DNA of 64,000 nucleotides from Candidatus Latescibacterota bacterium (GTDB lineage Bacteria; Latescibacterota; UBA2968; UBA8231): NCBI GenBank assembly GCA_965215195.1, contig CBDCDC010000002.1, positions 3,648,001 to 3,712,000 of the forward strand, read 5' to 3'. Shown piece by piece: positions 1 to 7,617 of this stretch (position 1 is its first letter; each line of letters starts with the position of its first letter). The notes under the pieces were generated by a model. It saw only the letters and a program-made list of their open reading frames with translations, ran no database searches and was not told where the DNA came from. The position numbers and the translations under genes were made by a program.

Positions 1-1058
1 GCTGGCGTAAACTGGCCCCCGATCTGGATTTGGTTCGCGTAGTACCTTCGGTACAAAGGCTCGGCCGCCGCTGTGAGAAAGAAGATGAGGATGCCTTGGA
101 CAACAGCGGCGAACAGACTGTTGAGCAACTGACCCGTCAGAAAAGACCCGTATGTATCGGTCGTGTCGTACCCAAACGCGGTCAGCGGCAGGTTGTTGAG
201 TTGGGCTAGCAGCGTCAGGACCGCGGCGATAGCCCCGAAGATCGCCGCGGTCTTATAGCGGATGTCTCGGGCGCGAACGCCGCCAAAGAACGAGACCAGC
301 ATCGCCAGTATGGTTAGGATGAGTAAAGTCCCGGCCACCAAACCCGTGGTCTCATTGCGCGACCGCAGCTCGGCGTAGTCGCGCTGCCAAGCTTCGGGGA
401 CTTTGAGATACTCGCCAAAGCCGCCGATCTGGTCGCCTTGCAGGCGCACGTACAAGCGGTAGTGAGCCTCGCCAACGGCGAAGTCGCGCAGCTTATAGCT
501 AAAGGTGTAGTCGATGCGGTTGGGTCGCTCCTCGGCCTGCGCTTCTACAAAGTCGAGCGCGGCGAGGTCGCGGCCGAGCTCGCCGGTGAGAAAGGCCTCG
601 GCCGAGCGGCGGGCCTCGGCTTCTTCGAGGCTGGCGCCGGGCGCTTCTTCCTCAATGAGATGGCTAAAACTGACGAGCTCGCCAGAGGTCGTAACCGCGA
701 CTTGGAATTCCTCCTTTTCCAGCTCTCGCACCCAGCGGTTGCTCCAGCGCCACAACTGCACGGGATCGCCGATGACCTGCGTGGCCTCCTCGAGACCCAA
801 CTCGCGCTCGAGGAAGGTCTTGGTCTGGTCATCGTAGCGGAAAATGGCGCTGTGGCGGTAGGAGGCGAGGTCAAAGCCGCGGGCGGCGAGAAAATCGGCC
901 GCCTGCACCGCAGCCTCGTCGCGGGTGACGCGGAAGTCGATGGAGGCTTCGGGAAAGGCCCGGTAGAAGTAGTGGACACCAACGGCCAAACTAACGGCGG
1001 CGACGAGCAAGCAGCCGCCGATGAAGGCTAGGTCTTTTCTCGTTAGTCTTGTTTCCAT
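1..1058 (-). CDS. Large membrane protein, probable CPBP (CAAX/Abi) family intramembrane protease; runs off the window start
   Basis: Not in the ORF track because it has no stop in the window. Manual translation from ATG at 1058 gives METRLTRKDLAFIGGCLLVAAVSLAVGVHYFYRAFPEASIDFRVTR..., then a soluble domain and multiple TM helices, as in long CPBP proteins. The catalytic region lies outside the window. Confidence 0.6.
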   Translation of the reverse strand, partial: METRLTRKDLAFIGGCLLVAAVSLAVGVHYFYRAFPEASIDFRVTRDEAAVQAADFLAARGFDLASYRHSAIFRYDDQTKTFLERELGLEEATQVIGDPVQLWRWSNRWVRELEKEEFQVAVTTSGELVSFSHLIEEEAPGASLEEAEARRSAEAFLTGELGRDLAALDFVEAQAEERPNRIDYTFSYKLRDFAVGEAHYRLYVRLQGDQIGGFGEYLKVPEAWQRDYAELRSRNETTGLVAGTLLILTILAMLVSFFGGVRARDIRYKTAAIFGAIAAVLTLLAQLNNLPLTAFGYDTTDTYGSFLTGQLLNSLFAAVVQGILIFFLTAAAEPLYRRYYANQIQIGGQFTP

Positions 1059-1129
1059 TTGTCGGGAGATTTATTGGGGAGAGGGACAATTTTGTCGCGT
1101 TCAACATAGCAAAAGATGGGGACGCGGAC

Positions 1130-1151
1130 AAACCAGCCGCATTGACGCGCA
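1130..1151. repeat. 22-bp direct repeat, copy 1 (AAACCAGCCGCATTGACGCGCA)
   Basis: Exact match to 2300-2321. Confidence 0.9.
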
Positions 1152-1223
1152 ACAGGACCCAAGGCACGGCACAGCTATCGGTAGGCGGCTCGCAACGACA
1201 GCCGAGGCGTTGAGCGAGTGCAG

Positions 1224-1346
1224 CCCAACGCGCCCAATCCGTTCAACAGCTAAACGGTGATCGCCTACGTCCTGCCGGAACCGGGTCCGGCGCGGGTGGA
1301 GGTCTTCGCGCTGACCGGGCAATGGGTAGCCCTCTTGCACCATTGA
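1224..1346 (+). pseudogene. Remnant of a FlgD/T9SS type-A-like C-terminal sorting domain
   Basis: Translates PNAPNPFNS*TVIAYVLPEPGPARVEVFALTGQWVALLHH*, matching the PNPFN...V.IYN.LGQ.V..L pattern of the intact tail at 62951-63210. Internal TAA, no start. Confidence 0.75.
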
Positions 1347-1422
1347 GACGACCGGGACGACCAAGGCGCGCGAGGTACAGATCGGCTTGCGCTATGTTTT
1401 TGACCGCTTGCAATCAAACTTC

Positions 1423-1451
1423 TTGACAATATCTAAAAATTCGGCTATGTA
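1423..1451 (+). promoter_or_regulatory. Possible sigma70 promoter for the 1574-2167 cassette
   Basis: TTGACA-N17-TATGTA in an AT-rich stretch; the -10 is imperfect. Confidence 0.35.
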
Positions 1452-1643
1452 GTAATCGCTCGTGCCAAAAATGAGCCAGTTAGCGAGGCCAACCCGAATG
1501 TAATGCCGGAGACAATCTGAAATCTAGGTCTATGGTCTTTGGAGCCGTCACAAGTGCGCGGAAAGGAAGGGAAGTGCAACTAACTGTCAGAAAGGGTCTG
1601 TGAGGTTCTTGAACTGACGTCAAAACAGATTGCACAATCTCGA

Positions 1644-1835
1644 GTGATCGCCAAAGGCAACCGCATTCGCGATGTTCAACGTTTGGTTCACACTTATGGT
1701 GGTCGCGCATCGAGATGGGTCAAAAAGAGCAGTCCTCGCTTTGAAATTGCCGGGCATCAATACGAAATTCACTGGTATGAACATCCCGATATCGGTCGCA
1801 TTGAGTTGAAGCAAAAACGAGTGAATCCGCTGTGA
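1644..1835 (+). CDS. Small polymorphic-toxin-like C-terminal domain protein, possibly frameshifted at its 5' end
   Basis: IAKGNRIRDVQRLV..YGG..S.W.K.SS...EIHWYE...G..E.K.K resembles MuF/Rhs/CDI-type toxin tips. A strong RBS with GTG at 1574 is in a different frame. Confidence 0.5.
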   Translation: MIAKGNRIRDVQRLVHTYGGRASRWVKKSSPRFEIAGHQYEIHWYEHPDIGRIELKQKRVNPL

Positions 1836-2167
1836 TTGTCCAATTTAGAGAACAGAATATCGCACATCCCGATCTCACGCCCAATCAACATTATGTTGTA
1901 ATTGGGATAGAAGCCGATGACTTTAGAATTTTGAACGACGCGGGCAGGCCCTTTCTCTATGATGCTTCGTTGTTTGAGGTGGTCGATTCCACAGAACCTG
2001 ACGATTGGGTCACAGAGATTGGCCAAGATGGCGAGCGTTATGCCTATCCATTGCCGTTAAATGCAGTTGGTTTTTTTGAGGATTTTTTTCACGGAGAGAA
2101 AAGATCGATTGTCACATTCTGGCAGGTTGTCAATCACCAACTTGCTGCTGCGTCGGAAACCGTTTGA
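1832..2167 (+). CDS. Putative immunity/antitoxin partner
   Basis: GTGA overlap with the upstream gene; acidic 111-aa protein with the LT.N..Y.VIGIE.D.FRILND.G.PFLY...LFEVVD pattern typical of partners of such toxins. Confidence 0.55.
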   Translation: MIVQFREQNIAHPDLTPNQHYVVIGIEADDFRILNDAGRPFLYDASLFEVVDSTEPDDWVTEIGQDGERYAYPLPLNAVGFFEDFFHGEKRSIVTFWQVVNHQLAAASETV

Positions 2168-2232
2168 AATAAAAAGCGCGGATCTCGGCTAGTGGTCGCC
2201 GCGCAAGCGGCCGCAAGCGGCATTCCCGCCAT

Positions 2233-2260
2233 CCCGGTACTCCGGTATCCGGGCTTTTTT
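2233..2260 (+). terminator. Rho-independent terminator-like hairpin
   Basis: CCCGGTAC-TCCG-GTATCCGGG followed by CTTTTTT. Confidence 0.7.
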
Positions 2261-2299
2261 GTGCGCTCTGGGGGCGTAGGGCTTCCGAATCTGGCCAGT

Positions 2300-2321
2300 A
2301 AACCAGCCGCATTGACGCGCA
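2300..2321. repeat. 22-bp direct repeat, copy 2, overlapping a putative -35 (TTGACG-N17-CAGATT)
   Basis: Exact match to 1130-1151; lies upstream of the 2432 operon. Confidence 0.85.
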
Positions 2322-2431
2322 CGGCGGCATTTTGCAGATTCGCGGCCTCAGAGTTCGTAGTTAGACCGGCCCCCGGGAGTGGCGCTGGGGAACTAACCAC
2401 TAACCACCAATTTTTAACAGAGGAGCACACT

Positions 2432-3451
2432 GTGGCGGCGAAAAAACAGGAGCACTTCCGCGTAGGTGTCATAGGGTACGGCGGCGCGTTCAACATGGGT
2501 CAGTTGCACTTGACCTCCATGGCCAAGAACGAGGGCGTGGAAGTGGCCGCGGTCTGCGAGCTGGATGCCGAGCGGCGTCAAGTGGCGGAAGAGGACTTTC
2601 CCGGCATCAAGACCTACGGCCGCGTCGGCACCATGCTGCGGAGCGCGAACTTGGACTTGGTGACAATCATCACCCCGCACAACACGCACGCCAAGCTAGC
2701 GGTGCAGTGCCTCAACGCTGGGGTCCACGTAGTCTGCGAGAAGCCCCTCGCCATTACCAGCGCCGAAGTCAAGCGCATGCAGGCGGCAGCCAAAAAAAAC
2801 AAGGTCCTCATCTCGACGTTTCACAACCGGCGCTGGGACGGCGACTTTGTGGTGCTGCGCGATCTGATTCTCAAAGAGCAAATCATTGGCCGCGTCTTCC
2901 GCATTGAGGCTGGATTCTACGGCTACGGCGAGCAGGGAACTTGGTGGCGCTCCAATCGCAAAATTTCCGGCGGTGCCATCTACGACTGGGGCGCGCATTT
3001 TACGGATTGGATTTTGAATATCGTCCCAGAAAAAATCGCCGCGGTCAGCGGCTATCAAGTCAAAAATCCCGCGTGGAAAAAATACGACAACGAGGATCAC
3101 TCCGAGTACACGCTGCGCTTCCAAAGCGGCTGCACAGTCACCCTTACTATGTCCAACCTGTCGATGAGTCCGCGGCCGCGCTGGCGGGTGCTGGGCACTA
3201 AGGGCGCGATCGAGGATGCGGGCGGCAAGTTTCTCGTCAAGGCACTGATCAACGGCCGCCAGATGAGCACTGAGGTGCCCTTCGCCGAGTCCAACTGGGA
3301 CGCGTACTACGAAAACGTTTTCGCGCACCTGCGGGGCTGCGCCGATCTCGTCATTACCCCGGAATCCGCGGGCCGGGTAATCGGCGTACTCGAAGCAGCC
3401 AACATTTCGGCGGCGCGCGGGTCGGAGCCCATTGCGCCGGCCTTTGTCTGA
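2432..3451 (+). CDS. Gfo/Idh/MocA family oxidoreductase
   Basis: VGVIGYG Rossmann motif, CEKP, HNRRWD, GGAIYDWGAH; GTG start at 2432 after an AGGAG RBS. Confidence 0.9.
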   Translation: MAAKKQEHFRVGVIGYGGAFNMGQLHLTSMAKNEGVEVAAVCELDAERRQVAEEDFPGIKTYGRVGTMLRSANLDLVTIITPHNTHAKLAVQCLNAGVHVVCEKPLAITSAEVKRMQAAAKKNKVLISTFHNRRWDGDFVVLRDLILKEQIIGRVFRIEAGFYGYGEQGTWWRSNRKISGGAIYDWGAHFTDWILNIVPEKIAAVSGYQVKNPAWKKYDNEDHSEYTLRFQSGCTVTLTMSNLSMSPRPRWRVLGTKGAIEDAGGKFLVKALINGRQMSTEVPFAESNWDAYYENVFAHLRGCADLVITPESAGRVIGVLEAANISAARGSEPIAPAFV

Positions 3452-3773
3452 GCAAGTGCTGCCCCGCCTCAACCCATCGGCGCAACTGTCCGCGCTCTTG
3501 GGAATCGGCTGCCGCTCTGGGGCCACGGTCGTCGGCCTGTCGGCCGTGCGTCGCGCCAAGGCACTGGCCTTTGTATTTGCCAGCAGCGACCTAGCGCAGC
3601 GGACTCAGCGCGAACTGGCTCGCTTGGAACGCGGGGGGACGCGCGTCTTTCAAGTACAGGCAATGGAAGTGCTGACTCAGGGCTTTGGCCGCGAGGACGC
3701 CCGAGTGATCGGCGTTTTGCGCGGCGACTTAGCTCGCGGGTTGGCCAAGCACTTAAAGGAGCACACGCCATGA
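3444..3773 (+). CDS. L7Ae/L30e/S12e/Gadd45-like RNA-binding protein
   Basis: LLGIGCRSGATVVG..AV.....FVFASSD.....LT..FGRE...VIGV...LARGL pattern of YlxQ/L7Ae; TTG start estimated. Confidence 0.6.
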   Translation: MSEQVLPRLNPSAQLSALLGIGCRSGATVVGLSAVRRAKALAFVFASSDLAQRTQRELARLERGGTRVFQVQAMEVLTQGFGREDARVIGVLRGDLARGLAKHLKEHTP

Positions 3774-5053
3774 CTATATCGGTAGTATGTGGGACGAATT
3801 GGGGAGACGAAGGAAAGGGCCGGATGATCGACTATCTGGCTCGGGACGCGGATGTCGTCGTCCGTTTCCAAGGGGGGGCCAACGCCGGCCACACCGTAGT
3901 AAACGAATGCGGCACCTTTAAGATGCACTTGGTGCCCTCCGGGATATTCAACCCGGCCGTGGTCAACGTGTTGGGGCCGGGCGTGGTCGTCGACCTCGAG
4001 GTCTTAGCAGAAGAGCTAAACGACCTGTCCGCAGCCGGGATTGCAACCGGCTCGGTGCGGGTGTCTGACCGGGCGACGATTTGCTTCCCCTTCCACCGGA
4101 TGGAAGACGAATGGGAAGAAGAGCGGTTGGGCCAACACGCCTTTGGCTCGACGCGGCGCGGCGTTGCACCCGCGTACGGCGATCGCTTCCTCAAGAAGGG
4201 CATCCAAGTCGGCGAATTGCTGTACCCAAGCCGCCTCAAGGAGCGGCTCAGGCCCCTCGTGGAGTGGAAGAACTTGATTGCCGCTGGCTTGTACGGCCGC
4301 CAAGCCGCCATCCAATACAGCGAGGTGCTGGATTACGTCTTTTCCTATGGCGAGCAAATCAAGGACCTAATCTGCGACACCGCGGTCCTGCTCGAAGAAG
4401 CCGCCCAACGCGGGAAAAACATTTTGTTCGAGGCCCAATTGGGCGCATTGCGCGACGTCGTGTACGGCATCTATCCCTACACCTCGTCTTCGTGTTGTCT
4501 GGCGTCTTTTGCCCCCATCGGCGGGGGCCTAGTCGGCCACTTCCCGGATCGAGTTATCGGCGTGATGAAGGCTTTTTCCACTTGCGTTGGGGCCGGTAGT
4601 TTTGCCACCGAAATGGTAGGCGAACAAGCTGGCCATCTCCGCGAAACGGCGTACGAATACGGTGCGACCACGGGCCGGCCCCGCCGAATTGGCCACTTCG
4701 ACGGGCTCGCCTCGCGCTACGGTGCCCAAGTGCAAGGGGCCACGGAAATCGCCCTGACCAAGCTCGACAGCTTATCCGGGCTCGATCCTTTGCTCATCTG
4801 CACGCACTACGAGTGCAATGGACGGCGCGTAGATCAGTTCCCCTTGAATCCGGTTTTGGACAAAGCGCGGCCCGTTTATAAAGAAATGCAAGGTTGGCAA
4901 GAAGACATCAGTTCATGTCGGCACTTTGGCGATTTGCCCCCAGCGGCGCGCGCGTACGTGCTGGAAATCGAGCGGCTCGTCGGCTGCCGCATTCGCTACG
5001 TCTCGGTGGGGCCAGAGCGGCACAGTCTCATTGACCGCGCCGCTTCCGCCTAA
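3770..5053 (+). CDS. purA: Adenylosuccinate synthetase
   Basis: WGDEGKG, RFQGGANAGHT, EYGATTGRPRRIG, TKLD, VSVGPER motifs. Confidence 0.97.
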   Translation: MTISVVCGTNWGDEGKGRMIDYLARDADVVVRFQGGANAGHTVVNECGTFKMHLVPSGIFNPAVVNVLGPGVVVDLEVLAEELNDLSAAGIATGSVRVSDRATICFPFHRMEDEWEEERLGQHAFGSTRRGVAPAYGDRFLKKGIQVGELLYPSRLKERLRPLVEWKNLIAAGLYGRQAAIQYSEVLDYVFSYGEQIKDLICDTAVLLEEAAQRGKNILFEAQLGALRDVVYGIYPYTSSSCCLASFAPIGGGLVGHFPDRVIGVMKAFSTCVGAGSFATEMVGEQAGHLRETAYEYGATTGRPRRIGHFDGLASRYGAQVQGATEIALTKLDSLSGLDPLLICTHYECNGRRVDQFPLNPVLDKARPVYKEMQGWQEDISSCRHFGDLPPAARAYVLEIERLVGCRIRYVSVGPERHSLIDRAASA

Positions 5054-5056
5054 GCG

Positions 5057-5530
5057 ATGTCTTGGGAAATTGAGCGCAAGTACCTCGTGGCCGACCGCTC
5101 TTGCCTCGGCCAGCTAGCGGGCGTCGCCTTTCGGCAGGGCTATATTCCCACCCAAGACGGCGGCGCGGTGCGCGTGCGGATCGAGGGCGAGCGAGCAGTG
5201 CTCACGCTCAAGGGGGCGACTAGCGGCATCGCGCGCCGCGAGTACGAGTACGAAATTCCGCGCCAAGACGCCGAGAGCATCCTCGCAACCCTGTGCCCGC
5301 GGCCCCACATCGAAAAGACGCGCTACAGTTTGCCTTGGGCGGGCAAGGTGTGGACCATCGACGTATTTTCTGGCGAAAACGAGGGGTTGGTGCTCGCCGA
5401 AGTCGAGCTGAGCAGCGCGGACGAAGCCGTGGAGAAACCGCCTTGGGCCGGCGTCGAAGTATCGGGCGATCCACGCTATTACAACGCCAACCTCGTGTGC
5501 AATCCCTATTGCAAATGGCGGGGCGGTTAG
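5057..5530 (+). CDS. CYTH domain protein (triphosphate tunnel metalloenzyme)
   Basis: EIERKYL N-terminal ExExK, RQGYI, REYEYEIP, KTRY, LAEVEL, DPRYYN. Confidence 0.92.
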   Translation: MSWEIERKYLVADRSCLGQLAGVAFRQGYIPTQDGGAVRVRIEGERAVLTLKGATSGIARREYEYEIPRQDAESILATLCPRPHIEKTRYSLPWAGKVWTIDVFSGENEGLVLAEVELSSADEAVEKPPWAGVEVSGDPRYYNANLVCNPYCKWRGG

Positions 5531-5536
5531 ACGCTT

Positions 5537-6400
5537 CTAGCGCTCAAAAAGCATGCTCAGGTCCAACGCCGGTGCCGAATGCGTCAGGGCACCAATTGAC
5601 GCGAAGTCCACACCAGCGGCCGCGGCCTCGCGCACGGTCGCCAAGGTATAACCGCCGGTGGCCTCAATCTCAACGGCGGGATTGGCGGCGCGGATGAGTG
5701 CTACGGCTTGGCGCAGAGTCGGCGCATCCATGTTGTCGAGCAGGATGCGGTCCGGGCCGCCCGCGAGGGCCTCCTCAACCTCCCCTAAATTTTCGGTCTC
5801 CACGTAAATCGGCCCTGCTTGGCCCCGCGCCGCGCGGATGGCAGCGCGGACGCCGCCCGCGGCCGCGGCGTGGTTTTCCTTGATCAGCACGGCGTCGTAC
5901 AGGCCCATGCGGTGATTGACGCCGCCGCCCAAGCGCACGGCCCACTTCTGTAAGTGCCGCCAGCCCGGGGTGGTTTTGCGGGTGTCGGTGATGCGCGTGG
6001 CCGTGCCGGTTAGGGCCTCCACATAGCGCCGGGTCAGGGTGGCCACGCCCGAAAGCTGCTGTAGAAAATTGAGCGCAGTGCGCTCCCCGGCCAAGAGCGC
6101 CCGAGCGCGGCCCTGCAAGCGGACGAGGGTCTGACCTTCTGCGACCTCGTCCCCGTCGGCGACCTCGGCGCACGTAGAAATGCCCTCGTCGAGACGGGCG
6201 AAGACCGCGCGGGCGACCTCAATGCCAGCGACGACGCCGGCTTGGCGGGCGATGATGCGAGCGCGAGCTTCGGCACAGCTCGCCACGGTCCAAGCAGCAG
6301 TCAGATCGGCTTCTACCTCTACGGCACCGAGGTCTTCCCGCAAAGCTAGCTCGATGAGCTGGTCATACGCGGCGGGGGGGAGGGAAGTGCTAAGAGGCAT
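5537..6400 (-). CDS. nadC: Nicotinate-nucleotide diphosphorylase (quinolinate phosphoribosyltransferase)
   Basis: GERTALNFLQ, DTRKTTPG, NHRMGLYD..LIKENH, LLDNM, GALTHSA. Confidence 0.96.
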   Translation of the reverse strand: MPLSTSLPPAAYDQLIELALREDLGAVEVEADLTAAWTVASCAEARARIIARQAGVVAGIEVARAVFARLDEGISTCAEVADGDEVAEGQTLVRLQGRARALLAGERTALNFLQQLSGVATLTRRYVEALTGTATRITDTRKTTPGWRHLQKWAVRLGGGVNHRMGLYDAVLIKENHAAAAGGVRAAIRAARGQAGPIYVETENLGEVEEALAGGPDRILLDNMDAPTLRQAVALIRAANPAVEIEATGGYTLATVREAAAAGVDFASIGALTHSAPALDLSMLFER

Positions 6401-6451
6401 GATTCCTCGCTGGAAAGTAGGTTGTGGGCATGGGCGAGAAAGAGGACGAAT

Positions 6452-6583
6452 CTAACCACACGACCTAAGTACACGACAGTAGGGCATCTTGCCCTCGTCG
6501 AGGGCGGGACGCCCTCGATCCCGGACTCATTTCCCATCAACGACAAGTTATTGGTGCCGCGTAGTTAGCCACACGACACTAAG
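6452..6583. mobile_element. MITE-like element, copy 1, with internal REP-like palindromes and stacked termini
   Basis: CTAAGTACACGAC (6465) ... GCCGCGTAGTTAG (6568); near-identical to 12408-12531; extra terminal copies at 6452 and 6566. Confidence 0.75.
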
Positions 6584-6699
6584 GGTGTTTTGGGAAGCGC
6601 AGGTGAATCTGTGAGATGCTTTGGCTTCCTTGTCGAGGCTTAGGCGGCAATCTATGTTTGTCAGAGACTACCATTCGTAGTCAACACAAGGAGGTATGA

Positions 6700-7026
6700 A
6701 TGCCAATATCCAACGAATATATTAATAACTTACCCGATATCTATCGCGATATCCTCGCCGCCTTCCCGCAGTTCAATCCGACGCGCAAGGTTGGCTATGG
6801 CTTGTCGTGCCAATCCCTGTATTCGGCTTTGGATGGGAAATACACGCTCGGCCAGATTATAAAGGCGTGTGGAAACATGGCTGAAGGCGGTGTTATGGAG
6901 ATCAAGCACGAGATATTCGCTTGTCCGACCCCCCTCGGCGAGGAACTGATTACGGCAATTACGGGTACCGCTACACCTACGCTGGAAGTGGAACCCTTCC
7001 CTTCGCCGTACGAATGGGCTACTTGA
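6700..7026 (+). CDS. Hypothetical protein, possible winged-helix fold
   Basis: AAGGAGGT RBS; helix-helix-wing-like pattern (LGQIIKACGNMAEGGVMEIK...PTPLGEELI); AT-richer than the flanks. Confidence 0.6.
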   Translation: MPISNEYINNLPDIYRDILAAFPQFNPTRKVGYGLSCQSLYSALDGKYTLGQIIKACGNMAEGGVMEIKHEIFACPTPLGEELITAITGTATPTLEVEPFPSPYEWAT

Positions 7027-7617
7027 ATGATCGGCGATTGGAAGGTCGAGCGTCTGCCGCCTTGTACCCATCACGTGTTCCTCTCTCATTGTGCTGAGGA
7101 TCGAGTGCGCTTAGTGCAGCCCGTGTTTGATGCGCTAGAAGACAACGCGTACGGGCCGTGGCTCGACCGTCATCACTACCCTAGAGGCCAAGGAGCATTT
7201 GCCGCGCTTCGAGAGGGCATTATACACTGCCGACACGTTGTGTATTTTGTTACGGCAAGGTTTCTCACGCAGGGGCGTGGATGGGGCAGCGTCGAACTTG
7301 CTTACTCAAATCTGCATTTCCGGTTAGAATTGTGTCACATCCATTTTCCCTTGTTCTTCGTGCCCCAAGGCAAGGTGAGCCTGCTGAGATCAGCATGGAG
7401 ACCCCTCGTTGAACGCGGACGATTTTACCCACCCGGACGAGTAGATAGCCGAGCGGTGCATTGGGCAACCCAAGAAATCATGACCTTCATTAGGCAGGAA
7501 GAAAGGCGCGGGGCTTTTCTCGCAGATCAGGTTCAGAACGACCCCAGTTTCCAGTCTTTCCTCGAAGAAGAACCGCACTTATTACAAAGGATCACGTGCG
7601 GCGATCCAGTGCGATGA
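7027..7617 (+). CDS. TIR (toll/interleukin-1 receptor) domain protein
   Basis: HVFLSH.AED...V..V...L......WLD.....G.....LREGI..C..VVYFVT..FL.....W...ELAY matches TIR_2 and retains the candidate catalytic Glu. Confidence 0.8.
   Translation: MIGDWKVERLPPCTHHVFLSHCAEDRVRLVQPVFDALEDNAYGPWLDRHHYPRGQGAFAALREGIIHCRHVVYFVTARFLTQGRGWGSVELAYSNLHFRLELCHIHFPLFFVPQGKVSLLRSAWRPLVERGRFYPPGRVDSRAVHWATQEIMTFIRQEERRGAFLADQVQNDPSFQSFLEEEPHLLQRITCGDPVR

Noticed and set aside
438-1031. 197-aa plus-strand ORF and many other long overlapping ORFs in the track
   Set aside because: These are antisense shadows of real genes in GC-rich DNA, with no motifs or RBS.
2192-2431. 80-aa N-terminal extension of the Gfo ORF
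   Set aside because: It runs through a terminator and promoter-like DNA; the RBS supports GTG at 2432.
3770-5053. Possible PurZ (2-aminoadenine pathway) instead of PurA
   Set aside because: It retains the canonical GDEGKG Asp and has no phage or dATPase context.
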